41,495 nt of DNA from Candidatus Firestoneibacteriota bacterium (GTDB lineage: Bacteria > Oederibacteriota > D2-FULL-39-29 > CAIOVX01): positions 1 to 41,495 of the forward strand of contig CAIWRR010000064.1 of assembly GCA_903915125.1 (NCBI GenBank), in the 5' to 3' direction. This document shows positions 8,137 through 17,233 of the stretch, piece by piece (the first letter of the stretch is position 1; each line of letters opens with the position of its first letter). The notes beneath the pieces were generated by a model. That model was not told the origin of the DNA, did not search any database, and saw only the letters and a program-made list of their open reading frames with translations. Position numbers and translations under genes: made by a program.

Positions 8137-9843
8137 ATGGCGGCTTTGGAGAATGTACTGAATAAGAGCGACAAAAGCAATTCGTTGTTTGAGGCGGAAA
8201 TAAGGAAGATAAAAATTCCGGTCTGCAAGCAGTTCTTGAAAGGCGGAAAGATTTCGCCGGTTGATTTTAAGGCTTCAAAAGATTCAGTATCCTCAAAGGA
8301 CTCAACTAAAGTCTTTGCTAGTTTCCCCAACCTTAGGGAGACCGCTTCAAAAGTAATGCAGGGAGTGCGCGGCGGTAAGAGACCTAAACTAAAGGGCAAG
8401 AGGATTGCCGTGCTCTTCTCCGGCGGGCCTGCAGCCGGCGGACACAACGTGGTCGCCGGGCTCTTTGATATGCTCGCGGCTTCCAAATGCACGCTGCTCG
8501 GCGTTAAGGCCGGGCCAAAGGGGCTCATAAACGGGGACCTTTTTATGGTTAAAGCGGAAGATATCAAAAGAATTAAGAATACCGGCGGTTTTGATTACCT
8601 CGGTTCTGACAGAACCAAGATAAAGACTGAAGAGCAGTTCGCCGCGGTAAAGAAGACCTGCGTGGACAACAAACTTGACGCTATTGTGGTGGTAGGCGGA
8701 GACGATTCCAATACCAATGCCGCTGTTCTCGCGGAGTATCTTTATATAGGAGTCAAACCGGACGGTTCCGGCGTTCAGGTAATAGGCGTTCCCAAAACTA
8801 TAGACGGAGACCTGCAGATAGGAAAGTTCCTGCCAATATCTTTCGGTTTTGACACCGCGACTAAGATTTTTGCCGAGATGGTTGGCAATATACTTCAGGA
8901 TACGCCGTCCTCCAGGAAGTACTGGCATTTCATTAAACTCATGGGACGCGCGGCAAGCCACGTCGCTCTTGAGGTGGCGCTTCAGACTAAACCTGCGATA
9001 GCTCTTATCTCGGAAGAGGTCGCGGAAAAGAAAATGGCCCTCGCCGATATAGTCAAGCAGATAGGCGACACCGTAATCAACCGCGCAGGAAACAAAATGA
9101 ATTATGGCGTGGTGGTTGTTCCGGAAGGGTTGATTGAATTTATTCCGGAAATGAACCTGTTGATTCACGAGCTTAATCATATTGTCGCGAAACACGAGAA
9201 AGAAACTGCGGAACTGGAACTTGCAAAGAAGATAGATTTTGTGAGGGCAAAACTTTCCGAAGAGCACAGCAGTCTCTTTGCGAGCCTGCCGCATTACATC
9301 CAGGAGATGCTGCTCTTTGACCGCGATTCCCACGGCAACCTTCAGGTTTCTCAGATACCGACAGAAAAGCTGCTTATTGATATGGTGAAGAAGTACGTGA
9401 AAAAAACAGCTCCCGAGACGAAATTTTCCACGCTAAACCATTTCTTCGGCTATGAAGGCAGGTGCGGCGCGCCTTCGCTCTTTGACGCGGCCTATTGTTA
9501 TAACCTGGGCCTTACAGCAGGCGCGGCTATCGTTAACGGTATGACCGGCTACATAGTGTCTTTCACGCAGCTTGATAAAGGCGGAGAGATTCTTGCTATT
9601 CCTCTTGTCGGACTCTTAAATATCGAGATGAGACACGGCAAGGAAGAGATGGTGATAGAAAAAGCGCTTGTTAAGACCGATTCTCCGGCCTTCATGTATT
9701 TCGCCGTTAACAGGGCCAGGTGGGGAGAAAAAGACCTCTTTACGTCTCCGGGGCCGCGCCAGCTCTGGGGGCCTGTCTGCAACCAGATGCCTATGACAGT
9801 GGCGTTAAATCAGGGGTATGGGAAATTAGGGTTTAAAATATAA
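8137..9843 (+). CDS. pfp: Pyrophosphate--fructose-6-phosphate 1-phosphotransferase (long-clade PPi-PFK)
   Basis: SGGPAAGGHN, GGDD (Asp indicates PPi specificity), PKTIDGD, LMGR, FGYEGR; ATG 8137 after GGAGG. Confidence 0.93.
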   Translation: MAALENVLNKSDKSNSLFEAEIRKIKIPVCKQFLKGGKISPVDFKASKDSVSSKDSTKVFASFPNLRETASKVMQGVRGGKRPKLKGKRIAVLFSGGPAAGGHNVVAGLFDMLAASKCTLLGVKAGPKGLINGDLFMVKAEDIKRIKNTGGFDYLGSDRTKIKTEEQFAAVKKTCVDNKLDAIVVVGGDDSNTNAAVLAEYLYIGVKPDGSGVQVIGVPKTIDGDLQIGKFLPISFGFDTATKIFAEMVGNILQDTPSSRKYWHFIKLMGRAASHVALEVALQTKPAIALISEEVAEKKMALADIVKQIGDTVINRAGNKMNYGVVVVPEGLIEFIPEMNLLIHELNHIVAKHEKETAELELAKKIDFVRAKLSEEHSSLFASLPHYIQEMLLFDRDSHGNLQVSQIPTEKLLIDMVKKYVKKTAPETKFSTLNHFFGYEGRCGAPSLFDAAYCYNLGLTAGAAIVNGMTGYIVSFTQLDKGGEILAIPLVGLLNIEMRHGKEEMVIEKALVKTDSPAFMYFAVNRARWGEKDLFTSPGPRQLWGPVCNQMPMTVALNQGYGKLGFKI

Positions 9844-9850
9844 ATATATC

Positions 9851-9883
9851 CGTTCATAACGTTTGGAAGGTTTATAACGTAAA
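9851..9883 (+). repeat. 9-bp repeat array copy C: CGTTCATAA-CGTTTGGAA-GGTTTATAA-CGTAAA
   Basis: Begins 7 nt after the pfp stop codon. Confidence 0.85.
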
Positions 9884-9904
9884 CCGGAAAGACTTAAAAA
9901 AAGA

Positions 9905-9930
9905 AAAAGGCCTGAGAAATCAGGCCTTTT
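9905..9930. terminator. Bidirectional intrinsic terminator
   Basis: AAAAGGCCTGA-GAAA-TCAGGCCTTTT between convergent pfp and helicase genes. Confidence 0.88.
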
Positions 9931-9933
9931 CGT

Positions 9934-9975
9934 TTTACGTTATAAACGTTAAGAACGTTACAAACGTTATAAACG
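9934..9975 (-). repeat. 9-bp repeat array copy D: CGTTTATAA-CGTTTGTAA-CGTTCTTAA-CGTTTATAA-CGTAAA
   Basis: Begins 8 nt after the helicase stop codon on the minus strand. Confidence 0.92.
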
Positions 9976-9983
9976 ATATTTAA

Positions 9984-11261
9984 TTAATGTTTACTCTGGT
10001 ATAAAATCTTAATCCCCGGCCCGGTATAAATATCCGAATCCTTCACCTCTGCTTTAGTCTGTCCCTGTCGGGCGCCCTTAAGCCCTCTTTTCCTTCCGCC
10101 CCACGAACTTCCCGCGGAAATAGTTGAGGACAGCTTTTCCGACGGATAAATAGGGTGCGAAGCGAGCGGTATTGACGCGTTAATTATTTTCTCGATGCTT
10201 TTTACGTCAGCGCCCTGGTCCGGAGTCGCAAGTGTTATGGCGTGCCCCTTTCTGCCTGCTCTGCCGGTCCTGCCTATGCGGTGAACATAATTCTCCGGAT
10301 CGTCAGGTATCTCGTAGTTTATGACAAGTTCGATGTCGGTCACGTCAATGCCGCGAGCGGCTATATCAGTTGCCGCGAGTATTCTGAATTTGCCTGATTT
10401 GAACCCGTCGAGGGCTTCTTTCCTCTGGGACTGTGTCCTGTCGGAATGAATCTCGGAGGCTTTGTGCCCGAGCTGGCGGAGCGTTGAAGTTATTTTTGCT
10501 GCAGCTCTCTTGGTTCTGGTGAAGAGCAGAACCGAACCGCTATATTCCTTTAAGAGTTCGTTAAGCAATTTATTCTTGAGTTCCTTACTGACAACGAAAA
10601 GTTCCTGCGTGACAGTTTCCGCCGCGGTACCTGACGGCGCGATCTCCGTCCGGACCGGCAGCTGCATGTATCTTCTCGCGATATCAACTATTCCAAAAGG
10701 CATTGTTGCCGAGAAGAGCATTGTCTGTCTTTCCTTGGGAATCAACCTGATGATCCGCTCTATCTGCGGAAGGAAGCCCATATCGAGCATCCTGTCTGCT
10801 TCGTCCAGAACAAGGACTTCAACATTTTTAATATTTACGGTTTTGCGCTCCAGATGGTCGTTAAGCCTTCCCGGAGTGGCTATAATGATTTGAGGGTTAT
10901 GAGCTAAGGCCTGGTTCTGACCGAACATAGATACTCCGCCTATAAGCACGGCAGTCTTCATTTTGAAGAGGGGGGCAAGTTTTTGAAATGATTCTTCGAC
11001 CTGGATGGCTAATTCCCTTGTTGGCACAAGCACAAGTCCGCGTCCCTTGCCGTTCGCAAGCCGCTGTATCATCGGTATAGCGAATGCAAGGGTTTTTCCT
11101 GTGCCTGTCTGCGCAATGCCAATAATGTCTTTTCCTGCTATGGCCTGCGGGATTGCTTTGCTCTGGATGGGGGTCGGAACCTTGAAATTTAACTTCTCGA
11201 GAGCATCGAAAATGCCCGGCGCAATGCCGAGCCCGTAAAAACTTTCTTTTTCATTTTCCAT
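9984..11261 (-). CDS. DEAD-box RNA helicase (RhlE-like)
   Basis: Q motif PTPIQ, AQTGTGKT, PTRELA, TPGR, DEAD, SAT, ARGID, HRIGRTGR. Confidence 0.96.
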   Translation of the reverse strand: MENEKESFYGLGIAPGIFDALEKLNFKVPTPIQSKAIPQAIAGKDIIGIAQTGTGKTLAFAIPMIQRLANGKGRGLVLVPTRELAIQVEESFQKLAPLFKMKTAVLIGGVSMFGQNQALAHNPQIIIATPGRLNDHLERKTVNIKNVEVLVLDEADRMLDMGFLPQIERIIRLIPKERQTMLFSATMPFGIVDIARRYMQLPVRTEIAPSGTAAETVTQELFVVSKELKNKLLNELLKEYSGSVLLFTRTKRAAAKITSTLRQLGHKASEIHSDRTQSQRKEALDGFKSGKFRILAATDIAARGIDVTDIELVINYEIPDDPENYVHRIGRTGRAGRKGHAITLATPDQGADVKSIEKIINASIPLASHPIYPSEKLSSTISAGSSWGGRKRGLKGARQGQTKAEVKDSDIYTGPGIKILYQSKH

Positions 11262-11267
11262 ACAAAT

Positions 11268-11276
11268 ACAATAACA
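11268..11276 (-). promoter_or_regulatory. Extended -10 (TGtTATTGT), probable leaderless promoter of the helicase
   Basis: TAnnnT hexamer 6 nt before ATG; no SD. Confidence 0.45.
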
Positions 11277-11349
11277 CTATTTGGGCGAAAAATAAAGGTA
11301 TTAAAGGTTTTATGGCAATTATCCTGCAAGGTTTACGATTGGTTTTTGC

Positions 11350-11378
11350 TTGATTTTGGACGCCTAAAATGATAAAAT
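11350..11378 (+). promoter_or_regulatory. Sigma70-like promoter of the nuoJKLMN operon
   Basis: TTGATT-17 nt-TAAAAT with TG extended -10. Confidence 0.6.
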
Positions 11379-11442
11379 CCCTAATCTTTATTAGCTTTTT
11401 TCACCCGGAAGATTCCGGAAAACCTTATTGACGTGAGGGAAA

Positions 11443-11931
11443 ATGCTGATTCTATTGCTCTTTGCCGTAATCGCGATAATAGCCGCGATTCTGGTGGTTT
11501 CAATGAAGAACATAATGCATTGCGCGCTTTTCCTCGCGCTCTTTTTGTTGAGCGTTGCCGGCATATTTTTCTATCTTGACGCAGACTTTCTCGGTATTGT
11601 GCAGATACTTGTCTATGTGGGCGGCATTATTGTTCTCATTCTCTTCGCCGTCATGCTAACCTCCAGGGTTTCCAGCGCGCTTTTGGAACAGACGAACGAG
11701 CAGAAAGGCCTTGCCATAGCAGCCTGCCTTCTTTTGGCGGCGGCTATTACGGCCGCGGCATTCAGAACGCCTCTTGCAACCACGTTAAACCCTGTGAAGG
11801 CTGAAGGGACCACGCATTTTACCGGAGAACTTCTGCTAACTGTCTACGCGCTTCCGTTTGAAATAGCCTCTATAGTGCTTCTTGTGGCGCTTATAGGCGC
11901 TATTGTTCTTGCCGGCAAGAAGGGAGAGTAG
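11443..11931 (+). CDS. nuoJ: NADH-quinone oxidoreductase subunit J
   Basis: ADFLGIVQILVYVGGIIVLILFAVML and Y.LPFEIAS..LLVALIGAI motifs. Confidence 0.93.
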   Translation: MLILLLFAVIAIIAAILVVSMKNIMHCALFLALFLLSVAGIFFYLDADFLGIVQILVYVGGIIVLILFAVMLTSRVSSALLEQTNEQKGLAIAACLLLAAAITAAAFRTPLATTLNPVKAEGTTHFTGELLLTVYALPFEIASIVLLVALIGAIVLAGKKGE

Positions 11932-11933
11932 TT

Positions 11934-12239
11934 ATGATGTTTTTGCCCCTCATAGGCCTCTCGGCGATAATCTTCGCAATAGGCGTTTACGGAGCGCTCA
12001 CGAGAAGGAATGCCATCGGCATACTGATGTCTCTTGAACTTATGTTCAATGCGGCAAACATTAATCTCGTAACTGCAAATAAATATCTTAACCTTGAAAA
12101 CAGCGTCGGAATAATCTTTCCGATATTTATTATAACCATTGCTGCCGCGGAAGCCGCGGTTGGCCTCGCGATCATTCTTTCCCTTTACCGTCAAACAAAG
12201 ACGGTTTATGTCGAGAAGATTAATATAATGAAATGGTAG
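11934..12239 (+). CDS. nuoK: NADH-quinone oxidoreductase subunit K
   Basis: RRNAIGILMSLELMFNAAN and AAAEAAVGLA motifs. Confidence 0.95.
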   Translation: MMFLPLIGLSAIIFAIGVYGALTRRNAIGILMSLELMFNAANINLVTANKYLNLENSVGIIFPIFIITIAAAEAAVGLAIILSLYRQTKTVYVEKINIMKW

Positions 12240-12245
12240 GATAAC

Positions 12246-14160
12246 TTGATAAACCACGCATACATAATACCTTTCCTGCCGCTCGCGGCCTTCGCCGTAA
12301 ATATCTTTTTCGGGAAGAAGCTGAAAGGTGTTTCCGCCTACATAGGCATAGCAGCTGTCTCTGCCGCCTTTTTGATGTCGCTCTCGATATTTTTTGCTTT
12401 TCTCGGGGGGGCTCAGCGGTTTGAAGTAAATCCGGAATGGCTTAACCTCGGCGCCGTGAAATTCGGAATGGGATTCCTGGTGGACGGGATGACCTCGGTA
12501 ATGCTTATAGTTGTGACGCTTGTAAGCCTGCTCGTTCAGATATATTCCATCGGGTACATGCACGGCGATCCGAGATATCCGAGGTATTACGCTTACCTGG
12601 GTCTCTTCACTTTCTCAATGCTGCTCCTTGTCATTGCCAATAACTTCGCGATGATGTTCGTGTCCTGGGAACTTGTGGGCGTAAGTTCTTACCTGCTGAT
12701 TGGTTTTTGGTTTGAAAAAAAAATCGGCTTCCGATGCGGGCAAGAAAGCTTTCATTACAAATAAATTCGGCGATTTCGGTTTTTCAATCGGCATCATGAT
12801 GATCTTCGCGTTCTGCGGCACGCTTAACTTTGGCGAGGTCGCGGACGCCATATCCAAAGGCACGCTTTCGGGCAGCGCTTTGACGCTTGCGGGAATACTC
12901 GTGTTCTGCGGGGCTGTCGGAAAGTCAGCGCAATTCCCGCTGCATGTCTGGCTTCCCGACGCGATGGAAGGCCCGACCCCGGTATCTGCCCTCATTCACG
13001 CGGCCACCATGGTTGCTGCAGGCGTATACCTTGTGGCAAGAACCTATTTTCTCTACGCGGCTTCACCGACGGCTTCGGCTGTCGTCGCTTATACCGGAGT
13101 GTTCACCGCCTTCTTCGCGGCTACGATGGCTCTTGTCGCAACCGATATCAAGAGAGTGCTGGCGTTTTCCACAGTCAGCCAACTGGGCTATATGATAATG
13201 GCGCTCGGCGTAGGCGGTTATACTGCCGGAATGTTTCACCTGACAACTCACGCTTTCTTCAAAGCGCTGCTCTTCCTCGGAGCGGGTTCAGTGATACACG
13301 GAGCGGCAACGCAGGATATTCGGGATATGGGCGGCCTGGGCAAGCATATGAAAATCACGATGGTAACTTTCTTCATTGCCTGCCTGGCGATATCGGGTAT
13401 ACCGCCGTTCTCCGGCTTTTACAGCAAGGACGAAGTGCTCCTTGCCGCGTTCAATTACAGCAAACCGGTCTATATCGTAGCGACTTTCACCGCATTCATG
13501 ACGGCGTTCTATATGTTCAGGCTTTTCTTCAGGACCTTTACCGGAGAGATGAGGACAAAGCTTCACCCGCACGAATCACCTTATACAATGACTATCCCGC
13601 TTATGGTTCTTGCGGCGCTCTCAATAGTTGCCGGATGGCTCTTTGTCCAGGGGCACGCGTTTGAGTCGCTGGTACATTTTAAGGAAGGAGCGGCGGAAGA
13701 GGGGAATGCTCTTGTTGTCTGGATTTCTATCGCGGCCTCTGTAATAGGCATCGGACTGGCTTTGGCTGTTTATGTCCTTAAGATTGTTCCTGACGGATTT
13801 TTTAGAAACAAATTTCCGCGTATTCATAAGGTGCTCATAAACAAGTGGTATGTTGACGAGTTCTACGACAAAACCGTGATCAAGCCGTCGCTCAATCTGG
13901 CGCGCAGGTTGTTTTCTTTCGACGCCAAATATATTGACGGCGCTGTAAATCTTACCGGTATAATAAATGTGGTGATAAGCAAACTTCATAATGTTTTCGA
14001 TAAAGCCGCTGTTGACGGCGCCGTGAACGGAGTCGCTGAAGCGGCTCAAAGCGGAGGCGGGCTTCTCCGCAGGGTCCAGACAGGACTAGTGCAGAACTAT
14101 ATGCTCCTGCTGGTTGCGGGCGCGGCGCTGGCTGTTGTCGTTTTCTTCTTTGTAAAATAG
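12246..14160 (+). CDS. nuoL: NADH-quinone oxidoreductase subunit L, split by a +1 frameshift at an A9 run (12715-12723)
   Basis: 5' part ends WELVGVSSYLLIGFWFEKK; 3' part continues SASDAGKKAFITNK...GKSAQFPLHVWLPDAMEGPTPVSALIHAATMV. Removing one A gives a continuous protein of about 637 aa. Confidence 0.92.
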
Positions 14161-14166
14161 CAGGTT

Positions 14167-14252
14167 GATTTCACGGATTCGGGAGGGCGATTACGCGGAT
14201 TAGCGAGAGCATGGTTTAATCTTCGCAATCGGTTTAAGGAATCTGAGTAATT
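14167..14252. repeat. Intergenic imperfect inverted-repeat element: 2x GATT-N5-GATT followed by 2x AATC-N5-AAT(C/T)
   Basis: GATTTCACGGATT and GATTACGCGGATT, then AATCTTCGCAATC and AATCTGAGTAATT, in the nuoL-nuoM gap. Confidence 0.65.
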
Positions 14253-14297
14253 CTGAAGAACTTGTTTTTCGAATAGTTTCAGTTGAAAGGAGGAAGG

Positions 14298-15779
14298 ATG
14301 CTATTAACACTGGTGACATTCATCCCGCTCATCGGAGGGTTGGCTCTCTTATTCGTTCCGAAGGGCAAGGACGATATCGTAAGGGGCATAGCAACCGCGG
14401 CAGCCGCGGTCGCGCTTATTCTGTCGGTTATAGTCCTTCTGGGATACGACAAGAGCCTGGCCGGAATGCAGTTTGTTGAACATCGCATCTGGATTCCTTC
14501 CCTGAATGTCACATATTATTTGGGAGTGGACGGGCTGAGCATCGCGATGCTCGTTCTTACTACGCTGCTTTCACTTATCTCTGTCATATATTCCTACAAT
14601 ATTACCTCAAGGGTAAAGGAGTACTTTTTCTTCTTCCTGCTTCTTGAAACCGGCATGCTCGGGGTTTTCCTGGCTCTTGATTTCTTCCTTTTTTATGTCT
14701 TCTGGGAAATCACCCTTGTCCCGATGTATTTCCTCATCGGCATCTGGGGCGGCCCGCGCAAGGAATACGCGGCAATTAAGTTCTTCCTTTACACCTTGTT
14801 TGGAAGCGTCATTATGCTGTTGGGTATTATCGCGCTCTATTTCGCGAGTCCTTCGCATACTTTCAATATGCTTGAGCTGGCTGAACAGGCTCCGACGTTC
14901 ACAAAATTGTTCCAGAATGTTATTTATGCGGCGCTCTTTATCGGATTCGCCATAAAGGTTCCGGTCTTCCCGTTCCATACCTGGCTTCCGGACGCCCACG
15001 TGGAAGCGCCGACGGCAGTCAGCGTAATCCTTGCCGGCGTACTGCTCAAAATGGGCACTTACGGAATGCTTAGGGTCAGTTTTAGCATACTTCCGCAGGC
15101 TGTTTTGTATTTTGCCATGCCGCTCGCGGTTCTGGCAATGATAAACATAATTTACGGCGCCTACTGTGCGATGGCGCAGAAAGACCTGAAAAAAATGATT
15201 GCCTACTCTTCAATCAACCACATGGGTTATGTTTTGCTGGGAATGGCGGCTATGACAACGGCCGGTTTAAACGGAGCCATCTTTCAGATGTTCAATCACG
15301 GTATCATAACCGGAGCGCTCTTCCTTCTGGTGGGTGTTATTTATGACAGGGCGCATACAAGGGACATCGAAGGTTTCGGCGGGCTTGGTTCAATTATGCC
15401 TGTTTATACGGGTATTATGATGGTTGCGGTTTTTGCTTCCCTGGGCCTCCCCGGTCTCTCGGGTTTCTGGTCTGAATTTATGTGTTTCCTCGGCGCATTC
15501 CAGGTTCAAAATACGTGGATGAAGATTATTACCGGCCTCTCAGCGATAGGCATCGTGGTGACAGCGGCGTATTTCCTTATAATGATTCAGAAAGTATTCC
15601 TTGGGCCGGCCAATGAAAAGTGGAAGAGCCTGCCGGAGATTAATAGGAGAGAACTTATCACTGTCGTTCCTCTTATTGTCATTATGGTGGTTCTGGGCTT
15701 CCTGCCGAGAATAGTTATGGAACTTTCTTCCAAAAACGTTGATTCAATGGTTAAGATGCTGGGGGCTATCAAGCCATGA
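14298..15779 (+). CDS. nuoM: NADH-quinone oxidoreductase subunit M
   Basis: FYVFWEITLVPMYFLIGIWGG, KVPVFPFHTWLPDAHVEAPT, LKMG.YG, LGLPGLSGF..EF; ATG 14298 after AGGAGG. Confidence 0.95.
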   Translation: MLLTLVTFIPLIGGLALLFVPKGKDDIVRGIATAAAAVALILSVIVLLGYDKSLAGMQFVEHRIWIPSLNVTYYLGVDGLSIAMLVLTTLLSLISVIYSYNITSRVKEYFFFFLLLETGMLGVFLALDFFLFYVFWEITLVPMYFLIGIWGGPRKEYAAIKFFLYTLFGSVIMLLGIIALYFASPSHTFNMLELAEQAPTFTKLFQNVIYAALFIGFAIKVPVFPFHTWLPDAHVEAPTAVSVILAGVLLKMGTYGMLRVSFSILPQAVLYFAMPLAVLAMINIIYGAYCAMAQKDLKKMIAYSSINHMGYVLLGMAAMTTAGLNGAIFQMFNHGIITGALFLLVGVIYDRAHTRDIEGFGGLGSIMPVYTGIMMVAVFASLGLPGLSGFWSEFMCFLGAFQVQNTWMKIITGLSAIGIVVTAAYFLIMIQKVFLGPANEKWKSLPEINRRELITVVPLIVIMVVLGFLPRIVMELSSKNVDSMVKMLGAIKP

Positions 15780-17233
15780 ACACTGTGTCACTTAAGGATT
15801 TTATATACCTGATTCCGGAGTCCTTTGTCCTCTGTCTGGGTATTTTGATACTTATATTGGATCTTTTTACCCCTGTCAATATTAGGCGCAAGCATGTACT
15901 CAATATTTCAGTTTTGGGGCTGCTGCTTTCTCTGCCGCTCCTTGTTTACGCTCCCCCAAAAGGCCTGATATTGGGAGACATGGTTTCAATTGACACCTAT
16001 GCCATCTTCTTTAAATGTATAATAGTCCTCTCGGCTGTGTTTGCGCTGACTATGGCAAAGTTCTACGCTCCGATAAAGGATGAGGTTATAGGAGAATTCT
16101 CGGCGCTTGTTGTTTTCGCAGTCCTCGGTATGATGTTCATGGTTTCATCGAGCGACCTTCTGATGATATTCTTGAGCGTGGAATTCGTAAGTATTGCTTT
16201 CTTCATTCTCACTGGATACATCAAGAACGACCCTAAGTCTGCAGAGGGAGCGCTAAAGTATTTCCTTATAGGGGCTTTTTCGGCAGGCATCTTTGTCTAC
16301 GGAATGTCACTGGTAATTATCTCAACCGGAACCTCAAATTTGAAAGCTATGTCCGGAATATTGCACGCTCCAGCGGGCTACAGCCCGCTCTTTTTAACCG
16401 GATTCCTGCTTATGCTGGTTGGGTTCGGCTACAAGATTGCGATGGTGCCGTTCCATACTTGGGCGCCCGACGCCTATGAAGGCGCTCCGACTCCGGTAAC
16501 CGCGCTTCTTTCCGCCGCTTCAAAGGCAGCGGGTTTTGCGGTATTGCTGAGGGTGGCATTGGCCGCCGTGACCGGCAGAGCAGACCTGGTACTGGCATTG
16601 GCGGTGCTTTCCGCGCTTACGATGACTGCCGGAAACCTGATGGCGCTCCAGCAGAACAATGTCAAAAGGCTGCTTGCTTACTCAGGAATAGCTCACTCAG
16701 GCTATATCCTAATGGGGGTTGTCGCGGCGTGCTCAGGAACTGAACCGGAGCTTGGAATTACCTCGGTGTTGCTCTACGCTTTTGTCTACATGCTCATGAA
16801 TATAGGCGTATTTGCCGTGATAATTGCTTTCTTCAATAAAACCGGAAACGATGACATGCAGTCCTACTCCGGTATTTCAAAGAGCAATCCTTATCTCTCG
16901 CTGGTGCTGGTCGTTTTTCTCGTTTCGCTCGCCGGGATACCTCCTACGGCCGGGTTTATCGGGAAATTTTACGTTTTCTCGGCAATAATAAAAGCCGGCC
17001 CTAAGTTCCTGTGGCTTGCGATTGTAGGAATAATGAACAGCGTGGTTGCGCTCTACTACTATTTCAGAATTGCCTATTTTGTCTATTTTGGCGCGCAGAA
17101 AGACGACGGAAAAGTTGAGATCACTGCCGGACTTGCCGTTATAGCGGGTGTTACCGCAGGTCTGGCCCTGCTAGTCTGCATTTATCCGGGACCGTTTATT
17201 TCCGCAGCCAAGGTATCTGTCTTAATACCATGA
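15776..17233 (+). CDS. nuoN: NADH-quinone oxidoreductase subunit N
   Basis: EGALKYF, KIAMVPFHTWAPDAYEGAPTP, KRLLAYSGIAH, SLAGIPP.AGF.GK; ATGA overlap with nuoM. Confidence 0.95.
   Translation: MNTVSLKDFIYLIPESFVLCLGILILILDLFTPVNIRRKHVLNISVLGLLLSLPLLVYAPPKGLILGDMVSIDTYAIFFKCIIVLSAVFALTMAKFYAPIKDEVIGEFSALVVFAVLGMMFMVSSSDLLMIFLSVEFVSIAFFILTGYIKNDPKSAEGALKYFLIGAFSAGIFVYGMSLVIISTGTSNLKAMSGILHAPAGYSPLFLTGFLLMLVGFGYKIAMVPFHTWAPDAYEGAPTPVTALLSAASKAAGFAVLLRVALAAVTGRADLVLALAVLSALTMTAGNLMALQQNNVKRLLAYSGIAHSGYILMGVVAACSGTEPELGITSVLLYAFVYMLMNIGVFAVIIAFFNKTGNDDMQSYSGISKSNPYLSLVLVVFLVSLAGIPPTAGFIGKFYVFSAIIKAGPKFLWLAIVGIMNSVVALYYYFRIAYFVYFGAQKDDGKVEITAGLAVIAGVTAGLALLVCIYPGPFISAAKVSVLIP

Noticed and set aside
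7941-8165. 74-aa ORF from the track between the reductase and pfp
   Set aside because: TTG start, overlaps pfp, no motif. The 54-aa Cys-rich ORF at 7915-8079 explains the region better.
11388-11418. Possible Rex-like operator and CCGGAA-GA-TTCCGG inverted repeat before nuoJ
   Set aside because: Only a half-site (TTCAC) and a 6-bp stem; too weak to call.
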